Source: Rhodospirillales bacterium (GTDB lineage: Bacteria > Pseudomonadota > Alphaproteobacteria > Micavibrionales > Micavibrionaceae). Taken from it: a stretch of 64,000 nucleotides of DNA. The stretch spans positions 1,462 through 65,461 of the forward strand of contig JACKIP010000009.1 in assembly GCA_020638395.1 (NCBI GenBank), in the 5' to 3' direction. The translations under genes were made by a program, and so were the position numbers. Position 1 is the first letter of the stretch, and each line of letters opens with the position of its first letter. The notes below the pieces were generated by a model. The model saw nothing but the letters and a program-made list of their open reading frames with translations. It did no database searches and was not told the DNA's origin. Shown here piece after piece: positions 56,485 to 64,000 of this stretch.

Positions 56485-59400
56485 ATGAAAAATTTTTCCA
56501 AAATCCTCTTTCATACAATTCCGGAAAAAGATCTGGTGTCTTTGAGCGAATGTGAGCGCGGTCGTATTCTGGCGGCACATATGGAGTTATCGCAGAAACG
56601 CACCCCTGGTAAAGCACAGATTTCGATCAGCCGTACTCAGTGCGAGCACCCCGGGGATGAGCGCACAGTGATAGATATTGTTCAGGATGATACACCCTTT
56701 CTGGTCGATTCAATCGTTGCAGAAATTAACCGGCACTCTCTGTTGATCGACCAGCTTATTCACCCCTATGTTTTTGCCACATTCAAAGACGGCGTGTTTG
56801 TGTCCGCATCTGAACGCGAGAGTGATGCGTCTGTCCGCCAGAATCACATTCATATCCGGTTGCATCGCTTGATTCCTAAAAATATGGAACAAAAATTAAA
56901 GCGCGGTTTGAAACGAGCGGCGATTGATGTTCATCTGGCCACCAAAGATTGGGAAGGATTGCGTCAGAAGATTGTCTCCTGTCAGAAAATTGTGCAGAAA
57001 TATGCCGCAAAAACTGTCGAGAATGAAGAATATGCCGCGTTTCTGGAGTATATTCATAATAATAATTTCACCCTGTTGGGATACCGTTATTATCAGAAAG
57101 TGTCGGCAGAATTTCAGGCGCAACCGAAAAAAAGTCTGGGACTTTTGCGTTCCGCCAGAGATGTCGATTTTCTGGAAAAGTATAGTGCCGAGCTTCCGGA
57201 ATTATTTGCCCGACTTGCGATGCAGCCGCATGCGATGCATATCTTTAAAATGAACCGGGATTCCTCGGTTCACCGCCGGGTGCCGATTGATGCCATGGCA
57301 GTTCAGGATCTGGAGGCGGATGGATCGGTCAAGGGGTATCACCTGATTATAGGGTTGTTTACCTCTGTGACGTATTCCAGATCGATCATGAATATCCCTT
57401 ATTTGCGGGAAAAAGTTTCTCAGGTTTTAACGCAAACCAATTTTGTCTCTGGCAGCCATGATGACAAAGCCCTGCGCCATATTCTGGAGAAATACCCAAG
57501 GGATGAGCTGTTTCAACTTGAGGTGCCGCAATTGCAAAAAACAGCATTGTCGATCCTCAGTTTGCAGGAGTGCCAGCGCATTGCCCTTTTCCTGCGCCCG
57601 GATTTGTTCGGCACGTCTGTGGTCTGCCTGATTTATATTCCACGGGATCGTTTTGATACCCGGATGCGCAAACGGTTTGAAGGTATTCTGGAGGCAGAGC
57701 TGGGCGGAACGACAACCTCCTTCTTTACAACGCTGGATGATTCTGTTTTTGCGCGGGTGTTATTGCGGATTGAGTGCAATAAAGACCGGGTGGCACATCT
57801 GGATGAAGATCGTCTTGAGAAATTGCTGCGTCAGGAAGGGCGTGCCTGGGATGAAGCTTTGGCGGAAGCCATCAATGTTTCTTACGGGACAGACGCGGAT
57901 GAGTTGGTGGAGACCTATAGCGGCGCGTTCCCGACTTCTTATCGGGAAAACTATTCTCCGGAAAAAGCCCTCAATGATATGGCGGTGATTGAGAAGCTGT
58001 CCGACACGCAAAAAATAGGGATCAGCTTCTATCAGGATAGTTCCTGTCAGGCGCAGGAGTTTCGGCTGAAACTTTATTTGCGGGAGGAAGCTCTAACCTT
58101 ATCCGACGCCCTTCCTATTCTGGAAAATATGGGGCTGCGGGTGATTTCCGAATTGCCGTTTAAAGTTAAAATCCAGCGTAATGGCACGCCGGATATTATC
58201 TGGATTCACGACTTCCTGATGAAGACAGAAATCAAGGATATCGGACAGCGGCTGGAGGTAAATAAGCATCACGCCGAAAAAGCATTCGAGATGATCTGGC
58301 ATGGAAAAATGCAGAATGATTCGCTCAATGCTCTGGTGATGAGCGCGTCCATGACCTGGAGGGATGTTATTATTCTACGGGCGTATGTGCATTATATCCG
58401 CCAGCTTGGAACACCCTTCACTCGGAACTATATTGCCTCGGCCCTGACCAAACATCCGCAGGTTGCCCGCCTGCTGGTAGATATGTTCTGCAAGCGTCTT
58501 GACCCTGTGCAGGCGGCAGATCAGGACAAATATGTCACGGCGTGCCGGCTTCTGATACAGGATGAGCTGGAACAGGTTGCGTCTCTGGATGAAGACCGTA
58601 TTTTGCGCAGCATTCTGAATTTGGTTGAATCGACTCTGCGCACAAATTTCTTCCAGACAGACGAAGCGGGGGTTGCAAAGGATTACCTGTCTCTGAAAAT
58701 TGACAGCACCCATGTTGACGGGATGCCGGAGCCAAAACCTTACCGGGAAATCTTTGTCTATTCTCCCCGCATGGAGGGGGTTCACCTGCGCGGCGGGCCA
58801 ATTGCCAGAGGCGGGCTGCGCTGGTCTGACCGTCCGGAAGACTACCGGACGGAAGTTCTTGGCCTGATGAAAGCGCAGATGGTGAAAAACTCGGTCATCG
58901 TGCCGGTCGGGTCCAAGGGCGGGTTTATTCTGCGTCATCCACCGAAAGAAGGGGGACGGGCTGCGCTGCTGGAAGAGGGGATTGCCTGTTATAAAATATT
59001 TATCCGTGGATTGCTGGATATCACCGATAACCGCAAAGGCCGGAAAATCATTCCGCCGCAAAATGTCGTGCGTCATGATGGGGATGACCCTTATCTGGTC
59101 GTGGCCGCCGATAAAGGAACCGCGACTTTTTCAGATATCGCCAATGGGATATCTCAGGAGTACGGATTCTGGCTGGGCGATGCATTCGCGTCCGGTGGCT
59201 CGGTCGGATACGATCACAAAAAGATGGGGATTACTGCCCGCGGGGCCTGGGAATCCGTTAAACGTCACTTCTATGAGCTGAACCACGATACGCAGACTCA
59301 GGAATTCGACGTGATCGGTGTGGGCGACATGGGCGGCGATGTGTTCGGAAACGGCATGTTGCTGTCGAAAAAAATCCGTCTGATCGGTGCGTTCAACCAC

Positions 59401-61200
59401 CTGCATATTTTCTGCGATCCTCACCCGGATGCAGACTCAAGCTGGGCGGAACGTAAACGCTTATTTGAGTCCGTGCAGGGATGGGATGGGTATGACCTCT
59501 CTAAATTGTCTCCCGGCGGACGTATTTACTCCCGTGCGGATAAAGAGCTTGTTTTGACGGACGAAATTCGTAAGTGCTTTAATATCAGCAAGGAAAAAGT
59601 ATCTCCGCCAGAGCTGATGCATGCAATGCTGCTGGCGAAGACCGATCTTCTGTGGTTTGGGGGTATCGGAACTTATGTCAAGGCAGAAAACGAAACGCAT
59701 CAGCAGGTCGGCGATAAAACCAATGATGCCATCCGGGTGAATGCCAAGGATCTGCAAGCCAAAGTGATTGGCGAAGGAGCCAATCTGGGCGTGACGCAAC
59801 TGGCGCGGATTGAGTTTGCAAAAAATCGCGGCGCGATCAATGCGGACTTTATTGATAATTCCGGGGGGGTTGATTCATCTGACCATGAAGTCAATATCAA
59901 AATTTTGCTGCAGGCCGTCATGGAAGACAAGGGCAGCAAGATGGATTTGAAAGCCCGCAATAAATTGCTGGAAAGTATGACAGAAACCGTTGCTCAACTT
60001 GTTCTGGATCATAACCGCGCAAAAGTTGAAGCTATCAGTCTGATGGAATTGCAGGCGGTGGATACTCTGGCGGCGCAGGCCGACCTGATTCAGCAGTATG
60101 AAAATGAGATCGGGTTAAACCGTAAACTGGAAGCTCTTCCGGATCAGGAATCTGTGAATACCCGTCTGCGGCTGGGCAAAGGCCTCACCCGTCCGGAGCT
60201 GAGCACCGTTCAGGCCTATGCCACGATTCGTCTGACGGATCAGTTGCGAGATACCTCAATTCCGGATCATCCGACCTTGCGCCCATGGTTGATTACCTAC
60301 TTCCCGCGGCATCTGCAAAAAGATTACGAGACCGAAATTCGTCAACACCGGCTGGCCCGCGATATTATCTGCATGAAACTGGCTAATAATATTGTCAACC
60401 GTATGGGCCCAACCTTCATCAAGGATATCAGGGATCAGACGGGGGCGAGTATCGAGGATATCGTACGGGCTTACCTGATTTCCAAGGAAATTACCGGGCT
60501 GCGCGCTCTGTGGGACGAGGTTAATTCCGAGACGTTCACAGCTCTGGCCCCCGTGCGGTTACAAGCATTGAAAGCATTATCGGATCTCACTCGCAAGAAT
60601 ACCTTATGGTTCCTGAAGCACATGGCCGGTCATCTGGATATTGAAAAACAGATTGCTCAGTTTGGCGGCTCGATGAAAACTCTGCAGAAGGAATTATTTG
60701 ACCTCCTGCCGGAACAGTTGAAAAAGACGGTGGCGGGTGCAAAATCTGCTTATATTTCAGACGGATTTCCAGCCGACCTCGCGCAGAAACTATCCCTGCT
60801 GCCTGCTTTGGAACCTGCCTGCGACATTATCCAGATGGCGCTCAAGGCCGGTCCGAAAACCAGCCTGAAAGCCGTGGCGGAGTCTTACTTCCAGATCGGA
60901 GAAACGTTCTATTTCGACTGGCTTTATTACAAAGCGAAAAGCTTGTCTGCGGAAGATAAATGGAACCGGCAGGCCAAGGTTACTCAAATTGCGCTTTTGG
61001 CCTCAACGCATGCCGATTTGTGCGAAAAAATTCTGAAAGATCGAACGAAAGCAACATCGTTCCGTCTGGAAGACTGGGTGCAAAAACACGAAGATGCCTG
61101 GACGATCCTGCAAAATCAGATGCAGCAAATCAAGCGGGCCGGGCAATTTGACCTTGCCATGCTGACGCTGGTTTCCGGCAGCCTGCGGAATTTTCTCTAG
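56485..61200 (+). CDS. gdhB: NAD-specific glutamate dehydrogenase (large ~180-kDa bacterial GDH)
   Basis: 1571 aa; catalytic-domain signature GGLRWSDRPEDYRTEVLGLMKAQMVKNSVIVPVGSKGGFIL and dinucleotide-binding GVGDMGGDVFGNGML typical of the large Bac_GDH family. Confidence 0.9.
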   Translation: MKNFSKILFHTIPEKDLVSLSECERGRILAAHMELSQKRTPGKAQISISRTQCEHPGDERTVIDIVQDDTPFLVDSIVAEINRHSLLIDQLIHPYVFATFKDGVFVSASERESDASVRQNHIHIRLHRLIPKNMEQKLKRGLKRAAIDVHLATKDWEGLRQKIVSCQKIVQKYAAKTVENEEYAAFLEYIHNNNFTLLGYRYYQKVSAEFQAQPKKSLGLLRSARDVDFLEKYSAELPELFARLAMQPHAMHIFKMNRDSSVHRRVPIDAMAVQDLEADGSVKGYHLIIGLFTSVTYSRSIMNIPYLREKVSQVLTQTNFVSGSHDDKALRHILEKYPRDELFQLEVPQLQKTALSILSLQECQRIALFLRPDLFGTSVVCLIYIPRDRFDTRMRKRFEGILEAELGGTTTSFFTTLDDSVFARVLLRIECNKDRVAHLDEDRLEKLLRQEGRAWDEALAEAINVSYGTDADELVETYSGAFPTSYRENYSPEKALNDMAVIEKLSDTQKIGISFYQDSSCQAQEFRLKLYLREEALTLSDALPILENMGLRVISELPFKVKIQRNGTPDIIWIHDFLMKTEIKDIGQRLEVNKHHAEKAFEMIWHGKMQNDSLNALVMSASMTWRDVIILRAYVHYIRQLGTPFTRNYIASALTKHPQVARLLVDMFCKRLDPVQAADQDKYVTACRLLIQDELEQVASLDEDRILRSILNLVESTLRTNFFQTDEAGVAKDYLSLKIDSTHVDGMPEPKPYREIFVYSPRMEGVHLRGGPIARGGLRWSDRPEDYRTEVLGLMKAQMVKNSVIVPVGSKGGFILRHPPKEGGRAALLEEGIACYKIFIRGLLDITDNRKGRKIIPPQNVVRHDGDDPYLVVAADKGTATFSDIANGISQEYGFWLGDAFASGGSVGYDHKKMGITARGAWESVKRHFYELNHDTQTQEFDVIGVGDMGGDVFGNGMLLSKKIRLIGAFNHLHIFCDPHPDADSSWAERKRLFESVQGWDGYDLSKLSPGGRIYSRADKELVLTDEIRKCFNISKEKVSPPELMHAMLLAKTDLLWFGGIGTYVKAENETHQQVGDKTNDAIRVNAKDLQAKVIGEGANLGVTQLARIEFAKNRGAINADFIDNSGGVDSSDHEVNIKILLQAVMEDKGSKMDLKARNKLLESMTETVAQLVLDHNRAKVEAISLMELQAVDTLAAQADLIQQYENEIGLNRKLEALPDQESVNTRLRLGKGLTRPELSTVQAYATIRLTDQLRDTSIPDHPTLRPWLITYFPRHLQKDYETEIRQHRLARDIICMKLANNIVNRMGPTFIKDIRDQTGASIEDIVRAYLISKEITGLRALWDEVNSETFTALAPVRLQALKALSDLTRKNTLWFLKHMAGHLDIEKQIAQFGGSMKTLQKELFDLLPEQLKKTVAGAKSAYISDGFPADLAQKLSLLPALEPACDIIQMALKAGPKTSLKAVAESYFQIGETFYFDWLYYKAKSLSAEDKWNRQAKVTQIALLASTHADLCEKILKDRTKATSFRLEDWVQKHEDAWTILQNQMQQIKRAGQFDLAMLTLVSGSLRNFL

Positions 61201-61212
61201 GAAGAGGAGGGG

Positions 61213-61914
61213 ATGGGGCTACACTTTAATCTGCTGACCCTTTTTCCGGAGATGTTTCCGGGCTCTCTGGCGTTGTCCCTGAGCGGCCGGGCTTTGGAGA
61301 AACGCCTGTGGAGTTATCACAGTCTGAACATTCGTGATTTTGCCGGCGATCGTCACAAAACCGTTGATGATACGCCTTATGGCGGCGGGGCGGGCATGGT
61401 CCTGCGGGCGGATGTGATTGAAGCGGCACTGTTATCTCTGGGTGAGCGTCCGCAGCGCAAAATTTATCTATCCCCGCGTGGCAAAGTTTTAAACCAGCCT
61501 CTGGTGCAGGAGCTTGCGGCGGCACAGACTGACATAACGCTGTTATGCGGGCGGTATGAGGGGGTCGATCAAAGGGTTCTGGATGCCCATGAGTTTGAAG
61601 AAGTCAGTATCGGGGATTACGTTTTATCCGGCGGAGAGCCGGCCGCGTTAATTTTGATGGATGCGTGTATCCGCCTTCTGGACGGGGTGATGGGAAATGA
61701 AGACACGGCCGGGGAGGAAAGCTTTTCTGCGGGCCTGCTGGAATATCCGCACTATACCCGCCCGGCGGAGTGGACGGATTCGTCCGGGGTTAGCCGGAAA
61801 GTTCCAGAGGTTTTGACCTCCGGCGATCATGGCAAGGTTAAGGAGTGGCGGCGGGCGCAAAGCCTCGCCCTGACCAGAAACCGCCGACCGGATCTTTTAC
61901 CGCCGTCTTCATAG
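61213..61914 (+). CDS. trmD: tRNA (guanine37-N1)-methyltransferase
   Basis: MGLHFNLLTLFPEMF...DDTPYGGGAGMVL...LLCGRYEGVDQRV SPOUT motifs; SD GAGGAGGGG; located ~47 kb away from rpsP-rimM rather than in the usual rpsP-rimM-trmD-rplS block. Confidence 0.9.
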   Translation: MGLHFNLLTLFPEMFPGSLALSLSGRALEKRLWSYHSLNIRDFAGDRHKTVDDTPYGGGAGMVLRADVIEAALLSLGERPQRKIYLSPRGKVLNQPLVQELAAAQTDITLLCGRYEGVDQRVLDAHEFEEVSIGDYVLSGGEPAALILMDACIRLLDGVMGNEDTAGEESFSAGLLEYPHYTRPAEWTDSSGVSRKVPEVLTSGDHGKVKEWRRAQSLALTRNRRPDLLPPSS

Positions 61915-61934
61915 ACAGGGCGGGCGAACCTACC

Positions 61935-62861
61935 CTACAGATTCCGCAGTTTCCACTCGGCTTCGCCGTGCAGATAGTCGATAATTCCGGTATGGTGCAG
62001 CCAGTCTTTTGCCTCCGAATCCTGAGAAAGGTAGGCCTGCCAGAAGGCAAGGCTGACGCGCTGGATGATCTGTTCATGCAGGGTGCGTTTGGGATTTTCC
62101 GCCAGTCCTCCGCGGGAGCCGGCAAAAACCATATGATCGCCGTCTTTCAAAATCAGAAGATGCTGGTCCGGCCCCTTTGCCGCTTCAAAGATCGGCAGGC
62201 GGGCGGTGTAGGGGGCGCCGGAGATGGGGGAGGAATCTTCGGTTCCGGTCATATACAGCATGGGGATGCTGATCGGGCCATAAATATCTTCCGGATCCTC
62301 CGTCTGGTTATAGGTTGGGCCGAGGGAATAGGCGATTCCGCACGTAAAGCGCGACTCCCGCATGGAATACAGTCTTGCGCCGCGTCCCAGCTTTTGCCCG
62401 GCCATGATCTGGGTTGTGGTCGCGCCGAAGGAGTGACCGGAGATACCGATCTGGTCGAAATCAATTCTGGTATAGGGGGCCTCCCCCGCATTCGCCCGGC
62501 GCTCCAGCTCATCCAGCACAAAAGACGGGTCTTTGAAGCGGTTCATGGTGACATGGCGGGTAATGCGTTGCGACCGGATAACATCCCACGGATGACCGGG
62601 TTTTCCTTCCCACAGGCTGGTATCTGTGCCGAGGTGCGTCATATGCAGGACGATGAAGCCGTGTTCGGCAATATAGCGGGCCAGAAAAGAGGCTCCATCG
62701 CGCCCGCCGCCCAGTCCGTGGCTCCAGAAAACGCAGGGGAGTTTCTCCGCGGGCGAGTCGGGAATATACAACTTCACCGGCACACGGCGATTTCGCTGCG
62801 TGTCGAAAAAATCATCCTTGTGTATTGTTATACGGTGGGGATGGGCAGGGGCGTGGGTCAT
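61935..62861 (-). CDS. alpha/beta-hydrolase (dienelactone hydrolase / PAF-acetylhydrolase-like)
   Basis: Nucleophile elbow GHSFG, oxyanion HGLGG, C-terminal KDGDH; the 400-aa plus-strand ORF 61845-63047 is its antisense shadow. Confidence 0.75.
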   Translation of the reverse strand: MTHAPAHPHRITIHKDDFFDTQRNRRVPVKLYIPDSPAEKLPCVFWSHGLGGGRDGASFLARYIAEHGFIVLHMTHLGTDTSLWEGKPGHPWDVIRSQRITRHVTMNRFKDPSFVLDELERRANAGEAPYTRIDFDQIGISGHSFGATTTQIMAGQKLGRGARLYSMRESRFTCGIAYSLGPTYNQTEDPEDIYGPISIPMLYMTGTEDSSPISGAPYTARLPIFEAAKGPDQHLLILKDGDHMVFAGSRGGLAENPKRTLHEQIIQRVSLAFWQAYLSQDSEAKDWLHHTGIIDYLHGEAEWKLRNL

Positions 62862-63376
62862 TTTTTCCGGAATTGGTCCAGAGAGATGACCTGTCCGCTG
62901 TCACTGTCTGACTCGCTCTTTTTCTTTTTGGAGGATTTCTTTTTGCCTTTGGGTTTGTCGCCGTCAGGACCGTCATCATCCCCGGCGATTTCATCCAGAG
63001 CGTCCAGCAGACTTTCATTCAGATCATCGGTGACGGGCTGGAACTGAAGCGCAAAATTTACGGAAGGGTCGGCAAAAATACTGATCGCGGCAAGCGGGAC
63101 AACCAGTTTTTCGGGAATATTGTTAAAGGAAAGTTTGACACTCATAAACTCGTGATCGACGGTCAGATCATAAAACTGATATTGCAGAACAATCGTCATT
63201 TCCCCCGGATACCGCTCTTTCAGGTAGCTGGGGATTTTAACGCCGGGATAATCCGTCAGGAAGGTGATGTAAAAATGATGATCTCCCGGCAGGCTGCCCT
63301 GATCTATCACGGTCTCGATAGCCTGACGCACCACACCGCGCAGGGCCCCTTCAACCATTTTATCGTAGCGAAGCAT
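62858..63376 (-). CDS. sspB: ClpXP adaptor SspB (alphaproteobacterial SspB-alpha type)
   Basis: GDHHFYITF...GEMTIVLQYQFYDLTV...SVKLSF...FADPSVNFALQF matches the conserved SspB fold core, followed by an acidic/lysine-rich linker and a ClpX-binding-like tail ISLDQFRKK; start taken at MLRYDKM. Confidence 0.6.
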   Translation of the reverse strand: MLRYDKMVEGALRGVVRQAIETVIDQGSLPGDHHFYITFLTDYPGVKIPSYLKERYPGEMTIVLQYQFYDLTVDHEFMSVKLSFNNIPEKLVVPLAAISIFADPSVNFALQFQPVTDDLNESLLDALDEIAGDDDGPDGDKPKGKKKSSKKKKSESDSDSGQVISLDQFRKK

Positions 63377-63497
63377 GTCGTTTGATTCCTTCATATCTCT
63401 AACGTGACAGGGCACACATTAAAAATCAAGTCGAAGAAGAAAGAATTTTTATTTCCCCTCCCTTGACCGTGGCGGAGGATCGCCCCATAGTGAATGT

Positions 63498-64000
63498 ATG
63501 ATGAAAAAAGTATTTTTAGCTTTTACGGCTTTTGGCCTTCTATCCGCAGGACTTTGGGGGGCGTCGTCTGTCTTTAGTTTAAGTCCTCAGGCGGCTTTCG
63601 CCACGGAAATCGAACCGGTGGCGGGCGCTGCAGCAGATGCCAAACCGGTTGAACCGTGGGGAAAGCGTTGCAGTGAAGAGACCGGGCACTGTGAGATTGT
63701 ACAGCGTTTGACGGTGCAGGAAACCGGGAAGCGGTTCGCGGAATTTGCGATTGGCTATCCGGATGATGCGGATGGTGCGCGCGGCGTGGTGATTCTGCCT
63801 CTGGGCGTTCTTCTGGAGCCGGGCGTGCGGATGCAAATAGATGACGGACAAGTGTACCAGTTTACCTTCCGGTATTGCGGGGCCGGGGGATGCGTTGCTG
63901 TGATCCGTTTGTCGGACGCTCTGATTGCGGAGATGAAAAAAGGAAATGCCGCAACCATCCAGTTTATGAGCGCCAAGGGACAAAAAATCAATGTTCCCAT
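63498..64000 (+). CDS. secreted protein, possibly invasion-associated locus B (IalB) family; 3' end beyond window
   Basis: ATG at 63498, signal peptide MMKKVFLAFTAFGLLSAGLWGASSVFS, paired Cys (CSEETGHC; YCGAGGC); open to window edge so absent from the ORF track; family call tentative. Confidence 0.35.
   Translation, partial: MMKKVFLAFTAFGLLSAGLWGASSVFSLSPQAAFATEIEPVAGAAADAKPVEPWGKRCSEETGHCEIVQRLTVQETGKRFAEFAIGYPDDADGARGVVILPLGVLLEPGVRMQIDDGQVYQFTFRYCGAGGCVAVIRLSDALIAEMKKGNAATIQFMSAKGQKINVP

Noticed and set aside
61845-63047. 400-aa plus-strand ORF
   Set aside because: Antisense shadow of the alpha/beta-hydrolase (GHSFG motif on the minus strand) and of sspB; low-complexity G/A/R-rich translation typical of reverse frames
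1-64000. CRISPR arrays, rRNA genes, transposase/integrase genes
   Set aside because: No direct-repeat/spacer periodicity, no rRNA-like conserved blocks and no DDE/tyrosine-recombinase-like ORFs seen; the repeats found are palindromic non-coding elements, not IS elements

Overview
This 64-kb window looks like a chromosomal segment of an alphaproteobacterium-type genome, roughly 50% GC by eye and densely coded. The lineage guess rests on gene content and operon context only.

Housekeeping genes recognisable from their translations: tal (5' fragment), priA, glpX, radA, rimM-rpsP-ffh, rsmE, sucB, purQ, leuC, purA, hisZ, thiD, glmM, secDF, truA, a large NAD-specific glutamate dehydrogenase and trmD. 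An RNase P RNA (rnpB) and a tRNA-Ala(GGC) are present and are absent from the ORF track.

Accessory modules are interspersed among these:
- 2.4-7.0 kb: an AT-richer cluster of TraX-family membrane protein, SAM methyltransferase, second TraX paralog, acyl carrier protein and FkbH-like HAD/acyltransferase. I propose this is a glyceryl-ACP-dependent acylation system.
- Exopolysaccharide export genes: a short Wza lipoprotein and a Wzc tyrosine autokinase, a YjbH-family outer-membrane protein and a GT4 glycosyltransferase.
- 40.3-48.1 kb: a fragment of a type IVB (Dot/Icm or IncI-conjugation-like) secretion system. IcmJ/DotN and IcmB/DotO are unmistakable. Four unrecognised genes flank them, including a translationally coupled 133-aa and 543-aa pair and a 456-aa polytopic membrane protein in the IcmC/IcmD position.
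- An orphan tadE/F/G-like pseudopilin triplet next to the tRNA-Ala and a degenerate OmpR-like regulator.
- Two related families of palindromic intergenic repeats: a ~120-bp nested-palindrome MITE-like element (three copies plus one mini copy) and a ~30-bp REP-like hairpin (three copies). Both carry CCGTCAT/ATGACGG termini.

No CRISPR array, rRNA or obvious transposase/integrase was seen. Several ORF-track starts are alternative codons (GTG/TTG) reported as M; I give the likely true starts where the sequence supports them.
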